NCBI GenBank assembly: GCA_965113315.1
Contig: OZ220376.1
Origin: Podarcis vaucheri
Lineage: Eukaryota
DNA length: 64,000 nt
Strand: one strand, 5' to 3'
The position numbers were made by a program, and so were the translations under genes. Of the stretch, positions 32,655 through 45,900 are shown in pieces; the stretch's first letter is position 1; each line of letters begins with the position of its first letter. The notes beneath the pieces were generated by a model. The model had not been told where the DNA came from, did not search any database, and worked only from the letters and a program-made list of their open reading frames with translations.

Positions 32655-35600
32655 TCAGAGCACAATTTTGAAGGAACTGGGAGAGAAAAGGGGAGAGGAG
32701 GAATAATGAGTTTGATTTTGCAAACTTGGGACTGCAGGAGCTCGTAGGCAGAATACTCCCAGAGCAGGCTCCTGAAGCATTCACACATGCACACACCCCT
32801 GGCTGTGAGGTAGCTGGTCAGCCTGGGAGCAAGCCAAACCCCAAGTGAAGCAAGGGAAGGGCAGAAGGTACCTGGTGAAGTCTGGGGAGCGGGAAATTAT
32901 GTGCTGGAACTCGGAGAGGTTGATGGTCCCGTCTTTGTCGATATCGGACTCCTCCAAGATCTGATGGAAACAAAGGAGCCTCGTGGGACAAGAGCAGCAG
33001 CAGTTCCCAGATTGGACTGACCTTCCTCTTCACCCCACCGAGGGAGAGAGGTGAGAACTCGAACCCAGCTCCCCAGCAGCACTAGCCCCACCTTGGCTGG
33101 TACTCACGTTCTGGATGAGCTGGTCCATCTCCATGGCACTCAGCCTGCTGTCCTCGCCTTCCCCCGTCAGGCAATTCACCAGGTTCTCCAAATCCTTCTT
33201 GTCAAGAGTTCCATCATCATCAAAATCTGGGGGTGCGGGAGGAGAATGGACCATTAGTTGGCATTTGCTGAGCTTACCAAACTTGCCTGCTCCCAGGGGC
33301 CCTTTTATTTTGAGGGGGGAGGCCTGCTTCGCTTCTAAGAAAGAAGCAGGCCACATTCAGCAAAGCTTTGAAGGATATTCTGGATTTTTCCACTGCTCTG
33401 CTTTTGAGAAGGGACAAATGGATACTGTAAGGGACTGCGGGGGGGGGGGAGCAGCCCTGCCATGTAGGGCAGTCCAGGGAAACCTGTGGCCCTCAATATG
33501 CTTCTGGGTAATCCCTCACCCACTGGCCATGCTGGGATTCCAACCAAGTCTGAAAGAATATGGATTCTCATATATCCCTGGTGTGGGGTCAAAGAGGCAG
33601 AGACCACCTTCCTGCCTCCGTGGAAACGACCACCTCGGCATCCCCAGGCAGGAGCCTAAGAACAACCTGCTGCATCAGGCCAATGGCCCATCTTGTCCAG
33701 CATCCTGTTCTCACAGTGGCCAACCCGGTGCCCCAAGCGGAAGCTCACAAGCAGGACCCAAGCGCAAGAGCCCTCTCCTCTCCCCTCTTGTGGCTTCCAG
33801 ATACTGGCATTCAGAAGCATTACTCTGCCTGACCGTGGAAACCTAATATACCTAATATACTAGTAGTGCTCCTTGGGGGACTCAAAGGCCCGTCCAGGCT
33901 ACTTCAAATTGAATTTGAAAATTGAATTGAAATTGAAATACTTTATTGTTACTTGTACAACTTGTATACAGTGAGATTACACAAGCACCCCCCACTCCGC
34001 TCTCTTAGTCTTAGTTCCCCTCGTTTACTGATGCACACCTACCAAACCCGAAAGTCAGTTGCCCTGTTGTTATCTTTTCATTCAGCAGCCTAACAGCCCA
34101 AGTATAGAAGCTGTTCTTTACCCTGTTGGTGCGACTAATCATGCTTCTATATCTTCTGCCTGAGGGCAGGAGATCAAGAAAGTGCTGGCCAGGCTGTGAA
34201 TCATCCCTGAGAATTTCCCTCACTCTCCTGAGGCAACGTTATTCCGCTATTTCATCCAGCGGATTCACAGGACAGCCCATAATATCTTGTGCTGTATTCA
34301 CCACCCTCTGTAGGTATTTCCTATCAGATGATGTCAAACCAGCGTACCACACCGTGATGCAGTATGAAAGGACACTTTCTATTGTTGACCGGTAGAAGGA
34401 GATCATCAGATGTTGATTGACATTGTTCTTCCGCAAGACTCTGAGGAGATGGAGTCTCCGTTGGGCTTTCTTAACCACCTGGGTTGTATTTATTTTCCAA
34501 GTAAGGTCTTCACTGAGATAAACTCCTAGGAATTTAAAGGAAGAGACTCTCTCCACACAGTCCTCCCCGATGTACAGCGGGGCTAGTTCTCCTCTCTTCC
34601 TCCGAAAGTCCAAACCATCTCCTTTGTCTTGCTGATATTAAGGTGCAAGTTGTTCTCTAGGCACCATGTAGATATTTTTTGGACCTCCCCTCTATACACT
34701 GATTTGTCTCCACCTGTTATTAAACCCATTATGGTGGTGTCATCTGCAAACTTAATAATTGCAGTAGACGGGTCAGAAGGGTTTCCCATTGCTCATCAAG
34801 TCCAGCAGTGCCCAGGCAAGGGAGATAAAAGCCACTGACCCCTTCCTAATATGGGGTAAGCAAGGAAATATGCCACCTCCAGATGTAGAGAGGGTCCTTC
34901 ACCCATGCCTGTTGGTAGCCATCAATCCTCGAATTTTTCTGATCCTTTGACTAAGCTGCTGGGAAGCCAGCACCATCCTGTCTTGAGGCTATGAATCCCA
35001 TAAGCTCCTTTTGCACACTGTGTGCCTATCGCCGCGCGGCTCTTGCATTTCAGCTCTTTCAAAGACAGTGCAGCTGCACTCTTGGCTCACAGAAAGTCTC
35101 CCAACAAAGTGCTTCCACTTTCTCTGTCGCAGACTAAGCCCCAACCAGGCTGGAACTCACCAAAGATGCGGAAGGCATAATGCGATTTGATCTCTGGCGT
35201 TGCAGAGTCACTGAAGACGCTCAGCATGTCCAGAAAGTCCTCAAAGGACAGGCCGCCTTCCCTGTCATCCGTAGTAGAGAAGACGTGGCAAATGCGGTGC
35301 CGGAAGGGGTTTGCCTGGAAGCACAAAGAGGGGAGGGGGGACTGTAAGAAGCTTCCTCCAGTGTGTTATGCAAAGCCAGTGCAGGTGGAAAGGAACAGAA
35401 GGCTAAACCCATACCAGCAAACTGGCCCTACAGATCAACCCATGGGAGGGATGGAGAAATGTGTTCGACCCTCCAAGTGACGCTGGATGCCCCCTGCCCC
35501 CAGTGATCATCTCCAGCCTACACAACCAATTATCAGAGATTAGATTTATTTGCAATACTTACACCCCCACTTTCATTATAAATGATTTCAGAACAGGTTC

Positions 35601-37286
35601 CAACAGTAAAAACGACAAAAATCTGCAGCTTACAGTATAGTACAAAGATCACTCCCCTCATGCTCCCTCTTATACAGGTCTAAACTCAAAAGACCTAGAG
35701 GAAGGCACCAGCTTACTGGAGGATGTGATTGTTCCACAACCAGGGTGCCACCACCGAGAAAGCCCTATCCTGCACCCAGCACCCAGGACCTTGTTTGGTG
35801 ATGGTACCCCCAAGATGGCCATCTTGGCAGATCTCAAATCACAGGCTGGACAATACAGGGAGGGAGAAGACTGCCTTCAGAGGTGGGCTCTGGGCCCTTT
35901 AGGGCTCTACATATCAAAAACAAAACAATGAATTGGGCTCACTAGCAAATAGATGGGGTGTGCAGCCCAGCCACAGCTCTTGGATGCACCCAGCTGCAGT
36001 CTTCTGTACGGGTCACAGAACAATAAACATGTATCCTGTACAGACCTTGACCAGGGCCTCTCCTGAGAGGCAAACAGTGTTCCCCTCCCCTCCCAGCATA
36101 CCCGCAGTTCAGGCAGCATTAAGATCTTGCTCTTGGGGATCCTTGTGGTGAAAGCCTGATCCCGGTCCTCCTTGGGCAGCAGTTCACTGAATCGCTTGTG
36201 GGCCCTGGAAGAGAAGACAGCGGGCAATGCCAGCCAAGTTCCTTCCTCCCTGGACGGATGCCCTGCCCAGCTGGCGCCAGCTTTCCATCAGCCCTGCAGC
36301 ACCAGCTCCTCCTCTCTTTGGTGGTGGTGGGGGGTGTTTTCCCTGTGCTGCACTATGCCTGGCAGTGCCCTCCCCATCCCACTTATCTACCCACACTCAG
36401 CTTGGGGAATTCCCACTGTCATCGCTACATCCCTCCCGGTGAAGCTGCAGGTGCCTCTGAACCCTTGAGCAAAGTCCGCCTGTCAACCCAAGGCTGAGGC
36501 CAGGGTGAGGTGACTGGACCTTGGCATTCCCAGGGGAGAGGGAGGGCCACGGCAGCTCAGTGATGGGACACCCAGTTCAACCCCTGCTGGTATCTCCAGC
36601 CCCTCCCTGTGCCAGTAGAAATGGCTTGGCTACCTTAAAATCATAGAACTGCAGGGCGGAAAGGGACACCAAGGGTCATCTACTCCGACCCTCTGAAATG
36701 CTCTTGGGAGTCAGGCAAGCTTGCTCAGCAATGGCAGGGTCGTTGGGAAGCCTGTCTCCCCACTGCTCACACCCAGGCACCGTAGAAAGCCTCAGGAAGG
36801 AGGGGGGGAATATACTCACAGCAGGATCTCTTGCTTGGTCAAGAAGGTCAGCTCCTAGGAAAGCGGGGCAGGGCGGAAAGGAGGGCGAGAAGGTTAGTCT
36901 GCTGGAGAAGAGGGAGGGGTGGAGGGGTCCCATCATGCCCCCCTCACCAGTCTGCCCCGCGCCCTGGGGCTGCCCTCCAGACGTGGCTGGACTCCTCCTC
37001 CTCCCAGAAGCCTGCACCATCTACGGGCAACAGGGATGAGCTGGAGTCCCGCCACATCTGGAGGGAAGCCCTCTGGGGGGGCGGGGGGGAGCTGACGCCC
37101 ACACACAACTTCTGCTCCTCAGCTCCACCCCCACCCCGCCAAGCGAGAAAGGTTTAGAGAGCCCAGCGAAGACGTCCATAGGTCTCCTCCCCTCCTCGGA
37201 CGAAGGCAGCCCAGGGACGAGGCGGGAGTGGGTACCTGGTATTCCCCCAGGAGGTCTCGGGGTAGGCGGCTGCCGGAGGCCCCCAT
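32655..37286 (-). CDS. CIB1: Calcium and integrin-binding protein 1 (EF-hand, N-myristoylation MGASGS), 190 aa
   Basis: Exons (minus) 37286-37236, 36854-36820, 36204-36102, 35314-35161, 33226-33108, 32960-32872, 32676-32655; 573 nt. Peptides [55 protein letters not shown]. Confidence 0.97.
33904..34770 (-). mobile_element. 5'-truncated Rex1/Babar-type non-LTR retrotransposon in CIB1 intron 4
   Basis: RT C-terminal half: [85 protein letters not shown]. One frameshift (~34615) and one stop (34239). 3' AATAAA plus a (TTCAAT)-like tail. Confidence 0.85.
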
Positions 37287-38110
37287 GGCGACGACGGTAC
37301 AACTTGAAGCAAACTCCGGGAACTTCCTTGTCTCCTCCTCCTCCTCCTCCTCCTCCTCCTCCTCCCCACTCCCCTCGACGGGACGTCACTGTCGCCAGGC
37401 AACCACTCCGTAGCCCCGCCCATTCCGAAAGGAGGCAGGCGGAGCCCGGCATGGCCCGTTGCGGGGGGGTGGGGTGTCCCGGGATTCGTCGCTGCTGGGA
37501 GACTCCGAGGCATCCCCTCCTCCGCTCGCCGGCCGGCAGTTAGGACAGGATGAATGGAGGCCCCCTCTCCCACCGTTCCCCGCACCAGATAAGCTCCGGC
37601 GGTCGGAGCCGTCGAGGGAGAATCAGCAGCGATGGCATCTCGCGCTGTGGCCAAGCCGGTAATGGGCTTCTTTCCCCAGATCAGTCGACGCTGCTGCCAG
37701 TCCCGCCCGACGACCGCGACTAAGGAAACGCCGCCCGGGACGCGGCCACGTGGCCCACCGGCAGTCCGACGTGAGCAGCACAGCGGCGGCAGGTGAGGAA
37801 GAAGAGAGAGGGATCCGGCCGGACTTCGTCTACGGGGCCCAGGAGAGGTAGGAGTCTAGGAGCGGGCCAGGCTGTGTTGCTTGTGGCTCAGCGGGGAGGC
37901 TGCAGTCTGAGCCCTGGGCGGCGTCCCCTCCTGGCGATGCTGCTGCGGATCCCCCTGCGGCGGCCCTCCGGACGCGACCCGGAGCACACCGGGCTTTTTT
38001 CCCAACCGAGGCTGGGGCTGGCGAGCCCCTTTGCGTTAAGGAGCCCGAGAGGGACGCCATGGTCGAGGAGTGGAGGGCACCCACTGGCGCTGCCCGGACT
38101 CACAGCATGA
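37150..38110. promoter_or_regulatory. CpG island, bidirectional CIB1/GDPGP1 promoter
   Basis: CpG-rich. CIB1 ATG at 37286 (-). Putative GDPGP1 non-coding exon 1 ends at 37792 (cag|gtgagg) and would splice to the acceptor at 38563/38564. CRE-like gacgtca ~37382 and E-box ccacgtgg ~37746. Confidence 0.75.
37332..37365. repeat. (CCT)~11 / (GGA)n microsatellite just upstream of the CIB1 ATG
   Basis: Directly visible. Confidence 0.9.
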
Positions 38111-38600
38111 GGAGCTCCCCCCATTTCTTTTGCTTTCAGGAAACGTATAGCCCAGCAGGCCACAGAGCAGTAATGGGATGGGGAGTTTCATTCTTCACAC
38201 TGACCCAGTAAGCATAACTGTCAACTTTTATCCTATTTGGAATAAGGGAATGCCCTTAAAAAAGGGAAACGGTGACATCTATATCCAGTAAGTCTGGCTT
38301 TGCCATCCTGGTGCCTCCATTTGTTTTTGACTACAACTCCCATCAGCCCACAAACATCAGGAGGGTACCAGGTTGACGTTTGCAAAGGAAGAGCTGGAGG
38401 TGCCAGCCTCAGACTCCTCCTCCACATATGTTTGGCCTCCCAGTCCAAAGCTGAGTTACCCAGCCAAACTGCAGGCACTGAAAGCAACCAAGAACAGCTC
38501 TCTGGGGCTTCATTGTGGCTCTCTCTAATGTTGGCTCTTCTGTCTTTCTTAGTTCTATTTCAGAGTAGGAGAGGAGCCTCTGGTTGCCTCCACCCTAACC

Positions 38601-39764
38601 ATGGAGCTTGGCCCCACCAGCCATGAACCTCCAAGACCCCAGTCTCAGAAGGGCTCCGATCTCTCCCCTGCAGAGGTTTTTGCCTATGACGAGAGGGACT
38701 TTGTCCTAAGTGGAGTAGAGTGGCAGGAAAACAGAGGGAATCGTGGACCCCCTGGCCACACCATGTCCCGCTTTGACAGAGTTCTTCAGTCAGGCTGGAA
38801 GGACAGACAGAACCGGGGACTCTTCCGCTACTACTTGGAGGAGCTGCAGACTCGGATCCTGCCAGGGATGGTAGGATTTGTGGCCCAGCTGAACATCCAA
38901 AGGGGGTCAGAGAGAAGGAGACCCCAGGAGATCCAAAGCATCCAGCAGAGATTTGACCCCCAGCAGTTCAACTTCAGCAAGATCCAGCCTGAGGAGATTC
39001 TCTTTGGCATGTCCAGGGGCCAGACTTCCTCCAGGCCCTGCTTGGCGGGTGCTCAGATCCCGCCTGGCTCTGCCTTTGTCCTTGTAGTGATCAATGTCAG
39101 CCCTTTGGAGTTTGGGCACATCCTTCTTATCCCTGATCCCACACTCTCATTGCCACAGATCCTTACCCCACAGGTCGTCTGCTTTGGCCTGGATGCTGTC
39201 CTCCTCAGTGGCCACCCTGGCTTCCGTGTGGGTTTCAACAGCCTTGGGGCCTTTGCCTCGGTCAACCACTTGCACCTGCATGGCTTTTACTTGAACTGGG
39301 AGCTGCTGGTTGAATCAGCCCCCTGTGAGCCTCTCCTGCCCGAAGCAAACTTCTATCTGCTGCAGGAGGTCCCAGTTCCCTGCTTCGTCTTCTATAGTGA
39401 AGGGCAGCAGTTAGAGGAGCTGGCACAGCGTGTTTGCCAGGTCACCAACTATCTGGTAAAGAAGGAGATCGCTCACAACCTGTTCATAACCAGGGGTGCT
39501 AAACCAGAGGGGCCCGTCCACTCAGGAGCCCGACCTGGAATCCGGATCATAGTCTGGGCCAGGAAATCCTGTTTTGGTACCAAAGAAGAGTCTGCCTTCA
39601 ATGTGGCTCTCTGCGAGCTAGCAGGGCACCTGCCCATCAAAACTGCCCAGGATTTTGAGAGTCTCACAGAAGCACTGGCCATTCACACCCTTCAGAAATG
39701 TCTCCTCCCAGACTCTCTGTTTTCCCAGCTCCAGTGTGAGCTGGTGGCCCTCCTCAAAGAGTGA
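38601..39764 (+). CDS. GDPGP1: GDP-D-glucose phosphorylase 1 (VTC2-like HIT family), 387 aa, single coding exon
   Basis: Intact ORF with GLFRY, AQLNIQRG, INVSPLEFGH, VGFNSLGAFASVNHLHLHG (HIT-like HxHxH) and FNVALCELAGHLP. AATAAA at 39886-39891. Syntenic position. Confidence 0.97.
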   Translation: MELGPTSHEPPRPQSQKGSDLSPAEVFAYDERDFVLSGVEWQENRGNRGPPGHTMSRFDRVLQSGWKDRQNRGLFRYYLEELQTRILPGMVGFVAQLNIQRGSERRRPQEIQSIQQRFDPQQFNFSKIQPEEILFGMSRGQTSSRPCLAGAQIPPGSAFVLVVINVSPLEFGHILLIPDPTLSLPQILTPQVVCFGLDAVLLSGHPGFRVGFNSLGAFASVNHLHLHGFYLNWELLVESAPCEPLLPEANFYLLQEVPVPCFVFYSEGQQLEELAQRVCQVTNYLVKKEIAHNLFITRGAKPEGPVHSGARPGIRIIVWARKSCFGTKEESAFNVALCELAGHLPIKTAQDFESLTEALAIHTLQKCLLPDSLFSQLQCELVALLKE

Positions 39765-40879
39765 TGTCACAGGGATGGTTGTGCTTCTGGAAATTCTGCT
39801 AATGTGTGCCTGTTCAGTAAGGAGGGGAGAGAGACCTCGTTTACCCACAAATGCCATGGTAGGAGGACATGCAAAATTGCTGGTCAATAAAGCATAAATT
39901 CAACTGAATTCCCACCTTTGTTCATTTGACTCACAAGCTGTAACACAATATTTGCTTTCCTTAAAGCGCTTACACAGAATCAGACCAGTATTGTCCACCC
40001 CAGGAGTTGCCAACATAGCCAATTAAGGGAATCATAGTCCACATCTAGGTGGGCACCATGCTTGTTACCCCTGGTCTACAATGTCAGGTGTGAGCTCTCT
40101 AAGGTATCAGATAGGAATCTTTCCCGGCCCCACTGGGAGATGCTGCCCGCACTTGAACTAGGAATCCCGCTCTGCACTGTTTGAGTGCTAAACTGAATAT
40201 GTGTAATCCCTAAGCATTCCCAGTTAGAGCCCCCGTCAGTGTAGACAATACTAAGCCAGATGGACCAAGGATCTAATTTGGCACATCCTTAATTTGACAT
40301 CTTCATAAATAAACAAACTGTTGCAAAAAAGTAGGGTTGTATACAATGCCATGCTACTGAAAGCCAGGGTGGGATAAGCATGAGCCTTGGGCACTGGTTG
40401 TAGAGATCTTCTCTATAGAAAAATGCCCTAGTATTGCCTGAGCCACCCCTGAATAACAGGTTCTGCAGCTGTTGGTGGTATTTATTTGCTCAGTACACCT
40501 CCAATTTAAGAACATAAGAAGAACCTACTGGATCAGGCCAATGACCCATCTAGTCTAACATCCTAGCTGAACATCTGTCTGTGAGAAGCTGGCAAGTAGG
40601 ATTAAGCACAAGAACAGCACTATCCCTTCTTGTTGCTTTCAGAAACTGGTAGTCAGAAGCATTGCTTCCTCCGACTATGAAGGCAGGGGAAAGCCATCGT
40701 GGCTAGTAGCCATTAATGGTCCTTTTCGTGAAGAAGAGTTTTGGATAACTCTAAAACTTGCACACTTGGCATGACAGAGGTGATTTCGGCTTCCTTCAGG
40801 GCCACCTTTTTATTTTACATCTATTTAATGACGTTTTTAAAAAACAAGGTCAAGTAATGCCCAGATAAACACAAGGAAA

Positions 40880-41680
40880 GAAGACAGGAGAAATGCTCAT
40901 TGGCTTTCTAATGCTGTCACAGGCAGCGAGGACTCTAAACCGGGATCTCAGAGACCGGATATCCGCTTCCACACTCTCTCTCTCTCTCTCTCCCCACCGC
41001 CATGTCAGGGAAGAGACGTCCAATAGGAATGAGCAAATCCGAGAAGCGCGGCTTGATTGTCCATGTAAATCGAATCACAACGCGGGCCAACGGCGAGCGA
41101 GATCCTGCCTCACGTCACAAAGAGCAGGTCGCCAGGCGATGACGAAATGCGGAAGCGCAGTGGGAAGGAAGCGGCGCTCAGTCCTTCGAACCGCCCTTTA
41201 TGGTTGTGGCGCTTCGGTCCCGCCCCTTCGCCCGCCTCCGCCCGAGGGGGCGGGGCCCGCTGTCGGCATGGTGACAGCGTCAGGGCCCGAGGCAGCCCGA
41301 GGCCCAGGCGCCGCCGCCTCGGGGGAAGCCGCGGGGCCGGTAAGGAGCCGCCAGGAGGAATGAGTGGCGGTGGGGCGAAAGAGCCCACAGGCCTGCCGGT
41401 GGCAGCGCAGCCCTGGGGTCTCCCCGGCCCGGGAAGCCTCGAAGGTGCCCCGCCGACCCCTCTCCCGCCCCCGGTGACTCCTCTCGTCCCTGCGGAAGGG
41501 GGCCGTCGAGGACCCTCCTCCTCGCAGGGTGAACCTGAGGCCGCTTTAGTGCTGTCCTACACGCCAAGGCAGTGTGTGGATGTGATCCGGTCAGCCCCAA
41601 AGCAACCCCGGCCAGCCTGGCGCCTCGGAGCCCAGAATCGCAGCCAGAACCACTAGAGGTCCTCGCAGGCCCAAACACCT
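40880..41680 (+). promoter_or_regulatory. CpG island / TTLL13 promoter and putative first exon (donor ccg|gtaagg at 41339/41340)
   Basis: CpG-rich, with CCAAT ~41020, CRE-like cacgtcac ~41111, ETS cggaag ~41150 and a GC box ~41246. Confidence 0.65.
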
Positions 41681-42978
41681 GGAGGGCGGCGCCAGGCTGG
41701 CTAAGGCTGCCAAAGATGGGGTCGCTGGTACCCTGCAGGTGTAGCTGGGAACAGCTTCCACCCACTCTTGGCTTACCTGCCGCCTGCTGGTATTTGTCCA
41801 GTAACATCTAGAGGGCTACAGAAGGTCCCCTGCCCCTCCTCTCCCCAATATCTGCTTCTCCAGAGCTTCTCTCTGTGGCACACCACCCTTCCCCTTTTGC
41901 AGACATGCAGGTCACTTGTGTATGGGCTCCTCTCCTGGAGGCTGTCTTCCCCTATCTGGTGCCCTACAGACTGTTTTATGACTTCCATAATCCCTGACCA
42001 TTGACCATACTGGTTGGGGCTGATGGGAGTTGTCATCCAATACATTTTGGAGGGTGGCCAGTTGGGGAAGGCTGCCTTAATGCCTTCCTTCTCTCCCCCC
42101 CCCCCCCCATGCCTTTGCAAGGAGAGCAAGTTGTGCTGAAACTGGAAGCGCAGAGTTGGCTACAGAAATAATATTTTAATTCTTTGGTTGTATTCTTTTG
42201 GTTTAGTTACTATCATTTACTTTTGTTTAAGATGAATATTGTAAACAACCCTGTGATCCGGACAGCCTAGAAATATAGTAAATAAACAATGAATATTATA
42301 CTAGTACAGTAGTGCTCAATCTATGCTTAATATTGCTAAGGCCAGCACAAGTTTGTGCCACTCCCTGCCACACTTTGCTGTAGAGTCTGGCTGTCCAACC
42401 TCTCCAAGCTGCCCTCCCCCTGTCCCCTTCTTGTTCAGTGTCTCTGAATGTCCCACTCTTCAAGCAGGGCAACTCCTCTGTCTTTGGCTGCTAAACTGCA
42501 TCCAAGCCTCTCCAGTAACTTGTGGGATATGTGCTCTGCTGGTAAACTGAATCAACTGCAAGTAAAATGTGGATTTAGAAATGCTTCAGTTTTAGAATCT
42601 GGAGAGTTACTGCTAGTCAGAGCAGGTATTAATATGAAAGTGGACCTGCCATTCTGATTCATTATGAGGCATTTTGGCTGGAAGTTTTAGAGGAAGGGAG
42701 GATGTCCTAGGTGGCTGAAGAGGCTTGGAAGAAACCCACAAAGATGGTGCTACCATTTAAAAATTTACCTATACCCCACATTCAGGAACATCCCTGGGCA
42801 GCTTACAAATAATTAACATTCCAGTAAAACAAAAGCATTAAAATACCACAATACAAAGGAGCATTATAAACAAGACAAGTTTGCTTTGGATTATCAGTAA
42901 CTAGTAAGAAATGTCAGAGTGGCAGGATCTGCTGACAACCCTTCTTCCCTGTGCTCTTTTGCAAGAGTGCCTGAGAGA

Positions 42979-45900
42979 ATGAAGATCAATACAGATGAAA
43001 GCAGTGAGTCTGAGAATGAAACTGATGAAGACGAAGATGAGGATGACGAAGGGGGCCTGTCAGATGAGTCTGCCAATGAATGCCTTAAGAGGCTGGATGC
43101 AGAAAACAAGGAAAAGCAGCGAACCCAGGGCCAAGGGCACAAAGGCACTAAGCCACCAGGGCAGAAGAGTGACCAGCCAGGGGTCTCCCTGATCGATTTG
43201 GAGGAGCAACTGGTAGAAGAATGTGAGCTGGAAGAAGTGAGGAGGAGGAAGAAGAAGAAACACAGGTGGGCCACTTCCAGTTTCCCCCTTGGATCCCCTT
43301 GTCAATCTTCGGGGCAAGCTATGCAGTTTCCATTCACACTTAGGAGTGCAGACACCGCTGCTGTTGGAATCCCAGTTCTTTACTTTGGCCCCCCAAGTCA
43401 TTGTGTTCTGTGCCCCAAGGCCACAGGGGTCAAGGCCTGGTGGGTTGGCCCCATGTTTCCATAAGCATTTCCCCTCCCAGCAGCCGCTGCTTGTCAGCTC
43501 AAAGTTTGCTCTCCCCAGCCACTGAGCCACTGTTCCATCTCAATTCCAGGCTGCTGTCCATCAACCTCGCCAGCTGCAAATATGAGAGTGGTAAGTTAGG
43601 GTTGCTTCTTGGTGGCTTTCTCCTGTACCCTGAGAGCATCATCACATGGGCCCTGGTTATTGCTTGGTCTCTTGGACTGGCTTTATGCCATTCACAGGGG
43701 AAGGAACCAACAGCAGTCAGGGTGACTCCAGGCAGCTTCTGAATTGGTTGGGCATGGGGACCTGTGAGGTACCTGCATTAGGATAGAAGTTCCCAGGGTC
43801 ACTTTTGTTTTGGAGGGTTGCTTCCCCCCACCCCCCGCCAAAGGGGTGACTCCTGCTGCTCAGGTGGTTGCTGCACTCCTGCTGCCACCAGCAAGATCCA
43901 GAGGGGTTCCAGTGCCTCTTGGATCCATGTGGCCCTCTTTCTTTTGCTGCAGTTAGGCGTGCTGCTCGACGCTGTGGTTTGAAAGAAGTGGGGGAGGACG
44001 AGGAGTGGACCGTTTGCTGGACTGACTGCTCGGTCTCCTTGGAGCGTGTCATGGAAATGAAGAGGTTTCAGGTAGCTGGAGCAGAGCCAGAGGGGAGGGA
44101 GCTGTGGCTGGCAAGCAGGTTGGAGTCAGGAAGGGAGGTAGTTAGTCTCCGACATGTCACAGCACTTCTGATCTCTTATGCTGATTCAGGCAGTTTTGGG
44201 ACTTGAGTGGCTTGTGCCCCTCTGCTGGGGGAAGCCCCTGGTGTCAATCAACACATTTGTCCATGGGCATAGCCAGGATGTTCATTAGTGAGAGCAGAAC
44301 TTCAGTTGGCTATTGATTTTTATTCATTTAGGAGGGGGGCAGCTGCCCATGCATCTGTCCGATTAAGCCCTGGCTCTTCCATGGCTTTGTCACTACCAGG
44401 AGGGCATGCCTGTGTGCACTCCACTGCCTTGCTCTGATCCAAATTATCACAAGGAGAGGGCGGTGGGCAAGGTCTGGCTGCAACCCCTCCTAGACAGACA
44501 CTGCTTAGCTACAAATTAGACTACCAATGGCAAAGCATTGTTAGATGGGCTCCCTTTACTTGGAACCTTTGCTTGGTGCAGAATACAGCAGCTAGATTGT
44601 TGACATTTATGTTGTGAACTGCCCTGAGATTTTCAGATGGAAGGTGGCATATAGATTTAATTAATAAATTAAAAAAATAATAATAAACCAATCACTTGCA
44701 AAATATCCTGCCATCTGCATCTGTCGCACTGGTTCCTGTGTATTTCTGTGTTCAATTCAAGGTGTTGGTTTTTATGATTGGTTGTACTCAGTTTTAATAT
44801 GGAAGCTTTCTAGGGAATCCTACAAGAAAATTCCCCAGGCAGTTCCTACATTCCAATATCCATTAAAATGGATATTGGAAGTGACATAAAAAATACCCTA
44901 AACAAACAGCAACACTCCTTTCCAGAGATGCTGGTGATTCTCTTCCCCTGTCCCTGCTCTATTTTCAGAAAATCAACCACTTCCCAGGCATGGCAGAGAT
45001 CTGCCGCAAGGACCTGCTTGCCCGCAACCTCAACCGCATGCTTAAGCTCTTTCCCAAGGAGTACAGCATCTTCCCACGCACCTGGTGCCTGCCAGCTGAG
45101 TGAGTGAGGGGACTCTGATCCAAGTGGTGATGCTGGGGGAAGGGCAAGCAGTGGGCCACTGTTGGGGAGGGGCTTCTATCACTTAGTCATCCTATGCCAG
45201 TTCTGGAGCACACACACATACCCTCATTCAGATGAACAATTCCTGCCACTGGCTTGAGAGAGGGCACCCTTTGTGGAATCTCCCATATGCCAGCTTCTGT
45301 GTTGTGCCTTTATAGCTATGGGGACTTCCAAGCGTATGGGCGCATGAGAAAGAACAGGACTTACATCTGCAAGCCAGATAGCGGCTGCCAAGGACGGGGC
45401 ATCTTCATCACACGCAATCCCAAGGAGATCAAGCACGGCGAGCACATGATCTGCCAGCAGTACATTGCCAAGGTGGGCCTGTTGGACACCAAGAGAGAAC
45501 GGCCTCCCTTTGCCTAAATGCATAACTCCTGCCCTCTTAGCATAGCTGGTTGAGAAGGCTGGCCTTGTCTGGGGATTTTTGGTGCAAGACTCCTGAGCTT
45601 ACTGGCTGTCTGCCCCTGAGCACCAATCACAGACCCACCCCTCTCTCTGCAGCCCTTCCTCATTGATGGCTTCAAGTTTGACATGCGCATCTATGTCCTG
45701 GTCACCTCCTGCGACCCACTGAAGATCTTTGTCTATGAGGAGGGGCTCGCCCGCTTTGCCACCATGAGGTACATCGAGCCCAGCAGCAGCAACCTGGTAA
45801 AGAAGGGATGTTTCCCAAGAACTGGCATTTGCTTTGTAGAATAATAAGCTGTTGTGGTGCCTGATGTGATTTCTGGGCGCTCTCCAAGAGGGGGTGGATG

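Noticed and set aside
33115-33846. 243-aa + strand ORF
   Set aside because: Antisense to a CIB1 exon, running through intron and a CR1 fragment; no coding signature.
41360-41656. ATG at 41360 (MSGGGAKEP...) as a TTLL13 start
   Set aside because: It lies downstream of the likely donor at 41340 and shows no similarity to TTLL proteins that I recognise.
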